NCBI GenBank assembly: GCA_016181405.1
Contig: JACOZJ010000003.1
Span: 176,126-240,125, forward strand
DNA length: 64,000 nt
Direction of reading: 5' to 3'
From: Candidatus Wildermuthbacteria bacterium
GTDB taxonomy: Bacteria; Patescibacteriota; Minisyncoccia; Minisyncoccales; UBA10102
Shown: positions 30,923-41,095 of the stretch, in pieces
How the letters are laid out: each line of letters starts with the position of its first letter
How positions within the stretch are numbered: position 1 is the stretch's first letter
Made by a program: the position numbers and the translations under genes
Notes under the pieces: model-generated
What the model saw: the letters and a program-made list of their open reading frames with translations, nothing else
The model's database searches: none
What the model was told of the DNA's origin: nothing

Positions 30923-31948
30923 TCAGAGGCCCCGCCGCTTTGCCCGAATCGTTTCAAAAATCGCAGTAGGCCAATACTTCCATGATAATGGATAATCGTA
31001 CGTTTTTACATATTCATAGGGCGTGCCTCCAAACCCCATCTTAAACAGCGTGGGCCCGGCCCATGGGTGTTTGGGATATTTCTTTGGATCCACATAGCCC
31101 CAAAAGTCATACAGCGTGCATCCCCTCGTTTTTGCTTCTTTTATTGCTTCCCACTGCACCAAATACGGAATAGAAAGTTTTGCGTATTCCCCAAGAGATG
31201 CTCCTTGATGGTAAAATCCTATCCCCGACCAGAACACAACTAACGAGGCCGCCACAGGTTTACCTTTATAAAATCCAAAAAACAGAGAAACCTCGCCATC
31301 TTTTTGCAATGCGGCTATCTCTTTTGCCGTATCTTTGTTTGAGAAAGGAGTAAATCTTTGCCGCTCCCCCACCGCGCGGCTCAAAGCGTGAAACTGTTCT
31401 ATATCGTTTGGCTCCAAACCCTGCCGCACCTCGATATCTTTATTTTTGAGCGTTTGGCGAACAAGATATCGCGTGGTTTTTCGCATGTTTCCCAAAAGCT
31501 CTTCCTCGCTTGGCGTAATATCCAATTTCCAGCTTGATTCGTATGTTGAGTACATGGGCGCCCGCCTGAACCCTAACTGGTTAAAAATCTCTTTATTTTC
31601 GGCACTTCTTTCCCACAAAGGGTTTACTCGAATAAAACTCGCTTTTTCTTGTCGCGCGATTTCCTTCAGCTTCTCCAAAAGAGTTTTCAGAACTTGAGAA
31701 TGAGAACTTTGAGCTTGTGTGGTGGGCCCATGCGCAATCTCCAAATACGTTCCTCTTCTCGCGGTTTTTTTTGACGCGAGAGCCACCGCAATAAGTTGCT
31801 CTTCATTATATATTCCGAACCTCCATATCTTTTCGCCCACCGCCTTTCTAAACTCGCCCCAATCCCAAGATTGAAAAAAGGTTTTCTCTTTACACTCCGC
31901 TAAAAACCCTTCCCAAGCTTCTTTGCTTGTAATTTCCTTTATCTTCAT
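30923..31948 (-). CDS. FemAB-family peptidoglycan aminoacyl-transferase (FemX-like)
   Basis: 341 aa with two GNAT-like halves typical of FemABX. Confidence 0.55.
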   Translation of the reverse strand: MKIKEITSKEAWEGFLAECKEKTFFQSWDWGEFRKAVGEKIWRFGIYNEEQLIAVALASKKTARRGTYLEIAHGPTTQAQSSHSQVLKTLLEKLKEIARQEKASFIRVNPLWERSAENKEIFNQLGFRRAPMYSTYESSWKLDITPSEEELLGNMRKTTRYLVRQTLKNKDIEVRQGLEPNDIEQFHALSRAVGERQRFTPFSNKDTAKEIAALQKDGEVSLFFGFYKGKPVAASLVVFWSGIGFYHQGASLGEYAKLSIPYLVQWEAIKEAKTRGCTLYDFWGYVDPKKYPKHPWAGPTLFKMGFGGTPYEYVKTYDYPLSWKYWPTAIFETIRAKRRGL

Positions 31949-32033
31949 TCTTCTTTCACGAATACCATTTTAGAGCCTATTTTTAAAGCCCAAAAGAAAA
32001 GCCCTTGCTTTGAAAATCTCTGCAAGGGCTTGA

Positions 32034-32528
32034 TCAAGGCCGGAAATCCTCGAACAGCCACGCACGAGGGCGCAGCAAGCGGACACGACCGTCGAAACCA
32101 TATCCGGATACATAGAGATGGAAAGCCCAACGTCCATCCTCGTGGCGGAATCCTGGAATGCGGCGGTCGCCATCGCAATCGCGCAGCACTGTCCCCGCCA
32201 ATACAAGAATATGGCTACTCCACCTCTTTGGAAAGTCCTGTCGATGCTCCCAAAGATATTTTGCGAAACGCTGGCCGAAGCGTATGTTGAGTTCTTTCGC
32301 ACGTTCAACCAACACTAGGCCACCGATCACATACTCGCCTTGGCGAAGGCATGGTACCAATTCGAGCTCTCCAATAGCTATCTTTGGCGGGTTCTCCTCG
32401 TTGTCCGCGTCGACCTTCCACCCTCCTTCCACCATGTCGGATATAGAAGGTACGCCTTGCCCCATATCGTATATAAGGTCCGCCTTCATCGCACATCCTC
32501 CCCCGCTTAGGATCTGTGACGAGCGCAT
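32034..32528 (-). CDS. hypothetical protein (GC-rich)
   Basis: 164-aa ORF. Terminator hairpin at 31990-32023. Confidence 0.4.
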   Translation of the reverse strand: MRSSQILSGGGCAMKADLIYDMGQGVPSISDMVEGGWKVDADNEENPPKIAIGELELVPCLRQGEYVIGGLVLVERAKELNIRFGQRFAKYLWEHRQDFPKRWSSHILVLAGTVLRDCDGDRRIPGFRHEDGRWAFHLYVSGYGFDGRVRLLRPRAWLFEDFRP

Positions 32529-32561
32529 CCAGCTACTTTATATCACACCTCCTGGAAAAAG

Positions 32562-33827
32562 TTAACCCGCACTCTTAAGGAACTGAATAATTTGGTCTGC
32601 GTGTTTCGCAGTAATATTAATATGCGTGGGCAGATTCAACGTTATTTTGGCAAGCTTTTCCGCTTTCGGACAACTTTCCTTCTTATATTGCACCGCTTCC
32701 AATCTTGTATCATCGGGAGCCACGGGGCTTGTGTACCAATCCCCTAACAACAAGTTTTGCGCCCATGCATTTTGAATAATCTCGTGCGCCTTTGGGTGTT
32801 TCACGGTAAACCGCAAAAAGATATTCTCTCGCTCCTCAAAAGATTTTGGCAGCTCAAAAGAGGTGCCTGCGAGCGCCTTATAGTATTGTCGGGCAATCTT
32901 TTTGCGGTGTTCATTGAAACGCTCCAGTTTCTCCAACTGCCGAATGGCCAAAAGCGCAAGCGCGTTTGGCATGCGCTTTGGGAAATATCCAGGACGCATT
33001 CCTCTTTTCTCTTTCCAATGCACCGCCTTGGAAAGAACGTGAAGCACTTGGAAAGCAACCAGCACATACTTGCCCAACACGCGGTAGGTCGGCAAAATTT
33101 TCCAGTTCAACGCCGGAGGATGCAACAGCTGTTGAGCAACCCACGAAGCCGAAGGATAATCCGCGGTTTTCTGAAACGCGCGCAGCTTTTCCGCCAAAAT
33201 ACCATCATTTGTAATTACCGTGCCGCCATATACCGAAGAAATTACCTTATCCCGGGAAAAGCTGAAAAACGCCGCTTTTCCAAACGTACCCACCTGTTTC
33301 CCTTTGTATGCTGCACCCAGCGCATGCGCGCAATCCTCAATTAAAACAAGGTTATACTTGCTGCACAGCTCCATCACCCTATCCATATTTGCCGGCAGCC
33401 CGAACGTATGCTGTACAATAACCGCGCGGCTTTTGGGAGTAACCTTGCGCCGCAAATCCTCAACATCGATATTAAAGTCATCTTCGTTGCAATCCACATA
33501 CACGGGCCGCAATCCAGTCCACATCACGGGGTTGGGCACAGCGTTGCAGGTAAACGCCTGCAGCAGGATTTCACTCCCTTTTTCAAAGCCCAAGGAATCC
33601 AAAATCGCCAACAGCGCGGATCTGCCGCTGTTGAATGCGAACGCACATTTTACCCCCAAGCACCGTGCAAATTCTTGTTCCAGCTGTTGTGGTGTATTTT
33701 CTACGGCCGTAGAAAATACACCATACTCTCTCTTCCACCGCCATGGCTGAAACAACAACCTAAACGCAAGCCATACGTCATCTGGCTCCGTATTCGGCGA
33801 TAATGATATGGAAATTGGCCTAATCAT
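32562..33827 (-). CDS. DegT/DnrJ/EryC1/StrS-family PLP-dependent sugar aminotransferase
   Basis: LIEDCAHALGAAYKGKQVGTFGKAAFFSFSRDK motif. Confidence 0.85.
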   Translation of the reverse strand: MIRPISISLSPNTEPDDVWLAFRLLFQPWRWKREYGVFSTAVENTPQQLEQEFARCLGVKCAFAFNSGRSALLAILDSLGFEKGSEILLQAFTCNAVPNPVMWTGLRPVYVDCNEDDFNIDVEDLRRKVTPKSRAVIVQHTFGLPANMDRVMELCSKYNLVLIEDCAHALGAAYKGKQVGTFGKAAFFSFSRDKVISSVYGGTVITNDGILAEKLRAFQKTADYPSASWVAQQLLHPPALNWKILPTYRVLGKYVLVAFQVLHVLSKAVHWKEKRGMRPGYFPKRMPNALALLAIRQLEKLERFNEHRKKIARQYYKALAGTSFELPKSFEERENIFLRFTVKHPKAHEIIQNAWAQNLLLGDWYTSPVAPDDTRLEAVQYKKESCPKAEKLAKITLNLPTHINITAKHADQIIQFLKSAG

Positions 33828-33946
33828 TTTGAAACAAAAACATCATAATCCTCTATAAAAGATACCCCATACAAGTTACTTGCTCATTCAATCTTTTCAT
33901 TCTCAATAACTAATATACTATAAATTCTACGACCGTGATAAATGCA

Positions 33947-34498
33947 CTATACTTCGATTTCTTTGATCATGAATAATTTTACATACGGATCAAGCGAATA
34001 CATTCTCACCATCTCCTCCGTTTCCTTCAGCACATCATACGGACAAACCCAAACACTTTGCTGAAACATTTGATAATCAAGCAACACAAGATGCTCACGC
34101 AAAATATCGCGCAGTTTGCGTTTTTCTTCGGGAATATCGAAAATAAGCATTTGCCACTTACCGTCTTTTCGCCTTTTTCTTTCCGCAAGCCGTAACCGCG
34201 CTTTCCACACTCGCTCTAACCCTTTTTCGGTAAGTATAACCCCCTCCGTGCCCTCCAAGCTTTTGATCTTAATGTAACCTTTCTTCTTCAGGTAATAAAT
34301 AAGCTGACTAAATTCTTTTCTGCTTCGTCTGCGTTGGTACTCTTTTTTCATCTTCCAAAGTTCAGGATATGCAGCTTCTCGCATTGTCCGGGGAGCAAAA
34401 TAATCGTGCTTCTTCCCAATCCATTCCATTGCTTTATATACATCCCAAAGAAATTTGTCCGTGAGGGGAATTTTCATGATTCTATTGTTATAGCACAA
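33947..34498 (-). CDS. PaaX-like regulator: wHTH plus Cas2/VapD-like C-terminal domain
   Basis: C-terminus QMLIFDIPEEKRKLRDILREHLVLLDYQMFQQSVWVC follows the Cas2 beta-alpha-beta pattern. Confidence 0.45.
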   Translation of the reverse strand: MCYNNRIMKIPLTDKFLWDVYKAMEWIGKKHDYFAPRTMREAAYPELWKMKKEYQRRRSRKEFSQLIYYLKKKGYIKIKSLEGTEGVILTEKGLERVWKARLRLAERKRRKDGKWQMLIFDIPEEKRKLRDILREHLVLLDYQMFQQSVWVCPYDVLKETEEMVRMYSLDPYVKLFMIKEIEV

Positions 34499-34521
34499 TT
34501 TCCACGGCCGTTTAATTCGTA

Positions 34522-36186
34522 TTATACATCTCTTCCCTCACCCCACAATAATTCCAGGAGCTTTAATTGGAGGCGGCTTTCTTTACCACCTTCCAGCAAA
34601 ATCGCGTTTGATCCTTTTATCTTTTCCAAAATTCCTTGCGCGCTATCCATATATACTACTTTCTCACTTCCCCCTACACCTTCTTGAATATCTTTGAAAT
34701 GTTCTTTGGTAGTAATAATCGCTAGGTCGCACACTTCTGCTATTTTCTGGCCAATACGTCTGTGCGCTTCCGTGGCTGCCGGCCCAAGCTCAATTAAACA
34801 AGGCATTACCAAAACTTTCTTTCCTTCATATAAATTCAAATACTCCAAATCCGCAATCACTCCATCTGGGTTTGCAGAATATGTGGAATCAATAACCGTA
34901 GCACCACTTTGAACCTTTTTTACTTTCATCGCGCTTAGCTCCAATGGCATTAACTCTGAAGCTTTTGCAATTTTTTCCAGCTTCATCCCCAACTCGCGCG
35001 CCGCGGCTATAGCAAGCAACAAATTCTGCACATTGTGACCGCCATATACTGGCACTCGGAAACTCACCCCCTCTACCTCAAAAAAGATATGATCTTTTGC
35101 TACTTTTGCCTGCGGAATTTGCGGAGTACTAACTTTGCATTTTGCATTGTAGTGAATTTTGTCAGCCAGTCGGCTGATTGCATTTTGATTTACAAACAGT
35201 ACTCCCTCTTTGGGTAATGCCTCTGCCAACTCCCCTCCCCCTTCCGCACTCAACAAATTCTCCATTGAGCCAAACGTAGCCAGATGCTGCTCGTTTACTC
35301 CGGTAACAATACCAATATCTGGTTTCACAATGTCCGCAAGCAGCTTAATTCCCCCTTTATTATACGCTCCCATCTCGCACACAAATATATCGTGCTCGTC
35401 GGTTAAACTTCGCAAAATGGTTTGGGCAATTCCCATTTCTGAATTCATGTGCTTTGGCGTTTTTAAAACCTGAAATTTCTGCCCTAAAATGTACGCCAAA
35501 AATTCTTTGGTGGAAGTTTTCCCATAGCTGCCTGTAATGCCAACTACTTTCAAATTTTTAAACTTCTTTCTCTTCTCTCTCGCCTGCCGAATAATCCTGT
35601 TTCTCGCCAGCACCGCAAACGGCTGAAACGCAAGCACCACCGCAGAAACAATAATTGGATTTAAGAGATCGAGAGTAATTAACGTGATGCTTGCGATAGA
35701 ACCGGTTACATAAAACGCATCCTTTTTGTTCGCGAAAAATAGGCTGGCAGGCTCCAAACTCGCCCCGAAGAGAGCAAGTAAAACAAACTGCGCGAATATA
35801 ACACTAACCACCAGAATGACAGTCTTTTTCGTAAATACGGGCATCCGCATTGTTCTCCGTAATACGCTAAGCACAGCCCTTATCCCTTCCAGCGCGTACA
35901 CGAGAAATGAAAGAAAGCCCGCAGAAACAAATACGAACAAAAATGCCCACCCCAGTATAGAAGAGTTTTGAAGCGCTTCTCTTGCATAGCTTCCGATAAA
36001 TACTACTCCGAGAAAGACACAAAGCAAAAAAATCTTCAAATAGACAAGCGGCTGCAGAAGAAGCCGTTTACCCTGCGCAGTTGAAAAATGCGCAAGAAAC
36101 CTGCCGATATGATATTCTTTGAGCTGCCAAAGATATACCCAAAAGAATATCCATCTTATTTGTCGAAGAATCCAAATTTCTACCAT
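34522..36186 (-). CDS. murF: MurF-like Mur ligase with N-terminal polytopic membrane domain
   Basis: Residues 1-200 are hydrophobic helices. Then GITGSYGKTSTKEF P-loop and C-terminal DSTYSANPDG (MurF DxYNANP motif). Confidence 0.7.
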   Translation of the reverse strand: MVEIWILRQIRWIFFWVYLWQLKEYHIGRFLAHFSTAQGKRLLLQPLVYLKIFLLCVFLGVVFIGSYAREALQNSSILGWAFLFVFVSAGFLSFLVYALEGIRAVLSVLRRTMRMPVFTKKTVILVVSVIFAQFVLLALFGASLEPASLFFANKKDAFYVTGSIASITLITLDLLNPIIVSAVVLAFQPFAVLARNRIIRQAREKRKKFKNLKVVGITGSYGKTSTKEFLAYILGQKFQVLKTPKHMNSEMGIAQTILRSLTDEHDIFVCEMGAYNKGGIKLLADIVKPDIGIVTGVNEQHLATFGSMENLLSAEGGGELAEALPKEGVLFVNQNAISRLADKIHYNAKCKVSTPQIPQAKVAKDHIFFEVEGVSFRVPVYGGHNVQNLLLAIAAARELGMKLEKIAKASELMPLELSAMKVKKVQSGATVIDSTYSANPDGVIADLEYLNLYEGKKVLVMPCLIELGPAATEAHRRIGQKIAEVCDLAIITTKEHFKDIQEGVGGSEKVVYMDSAQGILEKIKGSNAILLEGGKESRLQLKLLELLWGEGRDV

Positions 36187-37016
36187 GGCTGGAAATGTGC
36201 AAATTGGCCGATTAATTGCGATAACTTTTCTGGGACTTGGAAATTCAGAGCGTGTTTGCCGCCGGGGATAATTTCGAGCTTAGAGTTGGGGATAAGCTCT
36301 TGTAGCAAATAAGCATCTTGGATTGGGGTCATCTCATCTTTGTCACCCCAAACAATAAGAGTGGGAACAGTAAGTTTTGGACATTTTGCGGTGAGATCCT
36401 GCATAATAACTTTCTTGAATATGTCGCGCATAATGCCTTGAGTCCGTATGTAATCGCGCCTTCGAATAAGCATGTATATTGCGTGTTTTATATTGTTGCG
36501 AAGGTCTTCGAACGGCACCAGATACAAAAGGAAACTCACAATTTTGGCCACTGCCATTACTAAACTTTTGAAGACGCCGGGGGTGCGACGTACGGCAGCC
36601 GCCGCGATCAACACAAGTTTTTCCACCTTTTCTGGATGCTGAACCGCAAACTGAATAGCAACCTGACCTCCAAAGGAATGACTCGCAAGAATGAACTTTT
36701 GCAAACCGAGTTTTTCGACGAACTCATTCACGAATTCCGCATACTCTTCTACGCCCCATATAGCAGACCCGCCTTCGCCCGTCGGGCTGCGGCGAGGCAA
36801 GGGTGCAGGAGTTTTTCCAAATCCCGGCAAATCAGGCACAATCACGCAATATCCTTTTGCCGCAAGCAATTCTCCAACTCCTACCCACGAATTCGAAGAA
36901 CTCCCCCATCCATGGAGAATCAAAATAGAACCCCCTTGCCTCGCCGAAGGCGGATCCCCTACAGCCGTATAAGAAATTGTTTGAGTCCCGATTGCTATTT
37001 TCTCTTCACGCCTCAT
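36180..37016 (-). CDS. alpha/beta-fold hydrolase
   Basis: HGWGSS oxyanion region and SHSFGG nucleophile elbow. Confidence 0.85.
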   Translation of the reverse strand: MRREEKIAIGTQTISYTAVGDPPSARQGGSILILHGWGSSSNSWVGVGELLAAKGYCVIVPDLPGFGKTPAPLPRRSPTGEGGSAIWGVEEYAEFVNEFVEKLGLQKFILASHSFGGQVAIQFAVQHPEKVEKLVLIAAAAVRRTPGVFKSLVMAVAKIVSFLLYLVPFEDLRNNIKHAIYMLIRRRDYIRTQGIMRDIFKKVIMQDLTAKCPKLTVPTLIVWGDKDEMTPIQDAYLLQELIPNSKLEIIPGGKHALNFQVPEKLSQLIGQFAHFQPW

Positions 37017-37078
37017 TTTGACATTTTCAAAGAAATAATATATAAAAACTCTGCTGAAACGGCACGGAAGGAGTTATT

Positions 37079-37360
37079 ATGGAGCTGCTTGGCTTGGGAG
37101 CGGCAATTGGATACGTTCTTTACCTCATTTGGGCATTTACCCATGCAGTCCGAGTACAGCGGCACAATATATTACAAGCGAAGGAATCGCTCGTGAAGCA
37201 GGGCAACAGTACGACTCTGGCCAATCTGCACATCTGGAGCAGGATTCTGGGAGTATCCCTCGTGATCGCCCTCATCTTGCTTCCATTCGTGCTTCTTGTA
37301 CGTAGTATCGTCGCTATTCGCAATATGCGGGCAAACGCTCCGCCAAAGACCGACCACTAG
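37079..37360 (+). CDS. small membrane protein
   Basis: 93 aa with two TM helices. Confidence 0.4.
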   Translation: MELLGLGAAIGYVLYLIWAFTHAVRVQRHNILQAKESLVKQGNSTTLANLHIWSRILGVSLVIALILLPFVLLVRSIVAIRNMRANAPPKTDH

Positions 37361-38613
37361 GCCGGTCTTTCTATTTTTTTCTTTCCCATATACCCCTGCA
37401 ACGCTCCCGGTATTTTCACACTTCCGTCTTTCTGCTGATAATTCTCCAAAATCGCTACTAAGGTACGACCAATCGGGAATCCCGTGGCGTTAAGCATATG
37501 CACGAATTCAAGTTTCCCTGCCTCACCGGCAGGCAGGCCTCCTTTGTTTTTATAACGAATATTCAGCCTGCGCGCCTGATAATCCGTGACATTTGAAGCA
37601 GAGCTTACTTCACGGTATTTATTTTGCCCTGGCATCCACGCCTCAATATCGTATGTGGAAGCCGAAGGCCGCGACATATCTCCAGTTGCAAGATGCACAA
37701 CTTGGTATGGAATTTTTAATGTCTGCCACAGCTTTTCCTCAAACGCAATCAAAAATTCGTGTTCTTCTTTGGATTTTTGCGGCGTACAAAAACTGAATAA
37801 TTCCACCTTATCGAATTGATGCACGCGTAAAATGCCTCGCGTGTCTTTCCCATAGGAACCCGCCTCTTCTCTGAAACACGTGGAAAAAGCAACGTAGCGT
37901 TTCGGGAGCTCACTTTCTTCAAAAATCTCATCTGCGTGCATCGGCCCCACCGACTGTTCCCCAGTCCCAACCAGAAACAACCCTTCTTTCCCAAAGAAGT
38001 AGCGTTCAGCCAAATCTTCCGGAGTATCAACATACCCCATACCCTGCATAGTTTCAGACCGCACAAATACAGGCGGAACAATGGGAATAAATCCTTTTTT
38101 TGTTGCGGTTTTCATTACAAGATCAACCAGAGCGAATTCAAGAAGTGCCGCCTCACCCTTCAAATACGCAAAGCGGGCGCCCGAAACTTTCGCGGCACGC
38201 TTTACGTCAATAATGTCGAGTGCCTCGCCAAGTTCCAGATGATCTTTTGGCTCAAAATTGAATGCTGGGACTTTCCCCACTTGCCGCAACACCACATTTT
38301 TGCTTTCGTCACCCACAGGCACATCGTCAAACGGAATATTTGGAAATTGGGTCAGCAAACTTTTAAGCCCACCCTCAACTTCTTCCATTTGAGGCTCAAT
38401 TTCTTTAATCTGCCCCTTCAGCCCTTTTGCCTTTTCTCTATCCGCCTTTCCTAATTTATTTTGCTCGGATCGCAACCTTTCTATTTTCTGAACTAATTCG
38501 CGCCGCCTCTCATCCAATTCCAAAACCTTGTCGACATCACAATCGGCATTTTTCTTTTTGCACCCCTCTTTCACCTTCTGCGGATTTTCTCTGATAAATT
38601 TAATATCTAGCAT
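37357..38613 (-). CDS. serS: seryl-tRNA synthetase
   Basis: N-terminal coiled-coil and class II core motifs. 418 aa. Confidence 0.95.
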   Translation of the reverse strand: MLDIKFIRENPQKVKEGCKKKNADCDVDKVLELDERRRELVQKIERLRSEQNKLGKADREKAKGLKGQIKEIEPQMEEVEGGLKSLLTQFPNIPFDDVPVGDESKNVVLRQVGKVPAFNFEPKDHLELGEALDIIDVKRAAKVSGARFAYLKGEAALLEFALVDLVMKTATKKGFIPIVPPVFVRSETMQGMGYVDTPEDLAERYFFGKEGLFLVGTGEQSVGPMHADEIFEESELPKRYVAFSTCFREEAGSYGKDTRGILRVHQFDKVELFSFCTPQKSKEEHEFLIAFEEKLWQTLKIPYQVVHLATGDMSRPSASTYDIEAWMPGQNKYREVSSASNVTDYQARRLNIRYKNKGGLPAGEAGKLEFVHMLNATGFPIGRTLVAILENYQQKDGSVKIPGALQGYMGKKKIERPA

Positions 38614-38615
38614 AT

Positions 38616-40085
38616 TTATTGTTTTGGCTTCATGGTCGGGAATAGAATTACTTCACGCAAGGAATGAGTATTGGTAAGCAAAGCAATGAGGCGGTCGATG
38701 CCCATGCCAAAACCGGCTGTCGGAGGCATGCCATACTCCAGCGCCTCCACAAAATCCGTATCCATGCGCTGGGCGTCTGCCAACCCCTGGCGAAACATAC
38801 CTTCCTGCGCTTCAAAGGCCTTGCGCTGGACAAGCGGATCATTTTGCTCTGAATACGCCTTCACAAGCTCCCATCCGCCGGCCGCGAGCAACTGAAACGT
38901 TTCCGCTTCCTGCGGATTTTCCGGCCGCTGTTTTGCCAACGGAAACATTTCAGAAGGATGATGAATTACAAACGTTGGCTCCCATATTTTGGGGCGGCAG
39001 TATTTTTTGTATATTTCGTCTATAATCTTTCCTTTGTTCCAAGCTTTCTCAATGGACACCCCAAGTTTCTGTGCCTCGTTGGCGAGAGCGTCGCGGCTTA
39101 GAGTTTCGATATTAAGCTTTGTGTATTTTTTTACCAGCGCGCTATATTCAATTCTCGGCAAAGGCGCCGTAAAATCGATTTCTTTGCCTTCGTAGGTAAT
39201 CTTTGTGGAGCCTGATACTTGTTTTAAAACATATGTAAGCAGCTGCTCGGTCAGCTTCATCATATCTTTGTAGTCTGCGTACGCCCAGTAGAATTCCAGC
39301 ATGGTAAAATCTGGATTGTGCATGCGATCCACGCCTTCATTCCGAAACACCCGGCCGAGTTCATATACTTTTTCAAACCCGCCCACAATCAAACGCTTCA
39401 AGGGGAGTTCAAGGGAAATTCGCAAATACATATCCAAATCGAAAGCGTTCAAATGCGTTTTGAATGGCTGAGCGTCAGCACCCCCATACATATTTTGGAG
39501 CACCGGGGTTTCCACTTCCAAAAAATCCTGCTTGCCGAGAAATTCACGGATTGCTTTGATTAGAGCAGCCCGTTTTTCGAATTTTTCTCTTACCTCTTTG
39601 TTGAAAATCAAATCGAGATAGCGCTTGCGAAACCGCTCCTCCTCATCTTGCAAACCGTGAAATTTTTCTGGCAGGGGCAAAAGAGATTTTGCCAAAATTT
39701 TGTAGTCTGCAATTTCAAGAGTTTTTTCGCCTTTTTTCGTTTTAAACAGAATACCCCGAAGTTGGACAAAATCGCCGATATCAAAATTCTCCAGAAAAAA
39801 AGCATACGGCTTCTCCCCTACTCTATCTTTCTTGAGATACGCCTGGAAACTCCCTGCCCCATCTTCCAAATTCAAAAATGTGGAGCCGCCATGGCCCCGG
39901 ATCGCTCGGATTCTCCCCACAAGAACAATTTCTTTGCCGCTCTTCTGCAGCTTGACAAAATCCGCAACAGCTTGGGCAACCGTATGCGTCCGCTTCACCG
40001 CAGCTGGATACGCTAGTTCCCCGGCGTTCTGAATCTGTTGCAGCTTCTTCAGTCGCTCCTTTTTAATCTCATCTATACTCGCCAT
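38616..40085 (-). CDS. lysS: lysyl-tRNA synthetase (class II)
   Basis: 489 aa with OB anticodon-binding domain and class II motifs 1-3. Confidence 0.95.
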   Translation of the reverse strand: MASIDEIKKERLKKLQQIQNAGELAYPAAVKRTHTVAQAVADFVKLQKSGKEIVLVGRIRAIRGHGGSTFLNLEDGAGSFQAYLKKDRVGEKPYAFFLENFDIGDFVQLRGILFKTKKGEKTLEIADYKILAKSLLPLPEKFHGLQDEEERFRKRYLDLIFNKEVREKFEKRAALIKAIREFLGKQDFLEVETPVLQNMYGGADAQPFKTHLNAFDLDMYLRISLELPLKRLIVGGFEKVYELGRVFRNEGVDRMHNPDFTMLEFYWAYADYKDMMKLTEQLLTYVLKQVSGSTKITYEGKEIDFTAPLPRIEYSALVKKYTKLNIETLSRDALANEAQKLGVSIEKAWNKGKIIDEIYKKYCRPKIWEPTFVIHHPSEMFPLAKQRPENPQEAETFQLLAAGGWELVKAYSEQNDPLVQRKAFEAQEGMFRQGLADAQRMDTDFVEALEYGMPPTAGFGMGIDRLIALLTNTHSLREVILFPTMKPKQ

Positions 40086-40151
40086 ATTCCCTTATAATAG
40101 GCTATTTCCCTGCTTTGGTCAAAACAAAAGCGGTTAGCCTAGCCAACCGCT

Positions 40152-40328
40152 TCAACGAGAACGGCGAAATCTGCTGAAAGCGTGGAGTGCAAGCCCTCCG
40201 AATATGAGACCAAGGAACGCAGGATACAGTGCCCTCCAACCAAACCCGCTCCAAATGAATAGACTGACGGAAAATACGGACACAAGCAAACCGAACAGAA
40301 ACAGCACGCCGTAATTTCGATAAACCAC
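40152..40328 (-). CDS. unannotated 58-aa two-TM membrane protein (GTG start)
   Basis: MVYRNYGVLFLFGLLVSVFSVSLFIWSGFGWRALYPAFLGLIFGGLALHAFSRFRRSR. Purine-rich SD. Hairpin at 40128-40152. Confidence 0.35.
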   Translation of the reverse strand: MVYRNYGVLFLFGLLVSVFSVSLFIWSGFGWRALYPAFLGLIFGGLALHAFSRFRRSR

Positions 40329-40485
40329 GCTTCACCTCTTCTGACTCAACTAACGCAATCTTACACTATTGCCAAATTTAATCAACAGAGAGAATTTTGT
40401 ACTTTGCTTTGCCATTGGGACCATGCGAAATCTATCGAAAAGAAAGCCCTCGCGCAGAAGCTTCTGCGCGAGGGCAAAGACGAAG

Positions 40486-41010
40486 TTACGCAACTTTGCG
40501 AGTTACGAAAAGAACAATGGATTCTGATCGATTAATTGCGTGCTCTTGCTCCAATCGCCTTCTCATTGCTACAAAGTTACCTGTGTAGTAAAGAGGCATA
40601 TGGATCCCTCCCAATTTCTGTTTCAAGGAGGCTAAAGCCTTTCCTGTAGTAGAAAGGAAGTCATGAGCGCGTGGAGTGTCAGGCACAATGGGTTCATCGG
40701 GCATACCAATAGTAATATCTAGAACGTACCTATCCGAAATATTGATACCGGCACCAACTGGAGGCTCTTCAACGCCCAATGGCGCCAAAGATTGATAGAA
40801 ATGCCTGTTAGCTTCATCCTCGCTAGATACCTGGAGGACAATGCCACTTGCGTCTGCAGATAGGACTATTTCTACAAATTCTTCCACAGCTCTCGCGGCG
40901 ACTTCATCTTCAGGATCAAAAGGAGCTCCAAGAAGTCCATGCTCCTCTTCGAGTCGTTCAATCCCAGCTTCACCCAAAACTTCCCAGACTACCCTCTCTG
41001 TTTCTGCCAT
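40486..41010 (-). CDS. acidic hypothetical protein
   Basis: 174 aa. 12-bp-stem terminator at 40441-40476. Confidence 0.5.
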   Translation of the reverse strand: MAETERVVWEVLGEAGIERLEEEHGLLGAPFDPEDEVAARAVEEFVEIVLSADASGIVLQVSSEDEANRHFYQSLAPLGVEEPPVGAGINISDRYVLDITIGMPDEPIVPDTPRAHDFLSTTGKALASLKQKLGGIHMPLYYTGNFVAMRRRLEQEHAINRSESIVLFVTRKVA

Positions 41011-41095
41011 ATGGCACCTCCTTTAAAGAGCTTGCCTACAACCACTGTAACAGATAATATCAGCCGGTAAAATACCGATACCCCATCTACCCTTC

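Noticed and set aside
40102-40335. 77-aa minus-strand ORF in the track
   Set aside because: It is basic and low-complexity. The alternative frame on the same strand gives a clean two-TM 58-aa protein with a GTG start and an SD, and that frame is preferred (feature 40152-40328).
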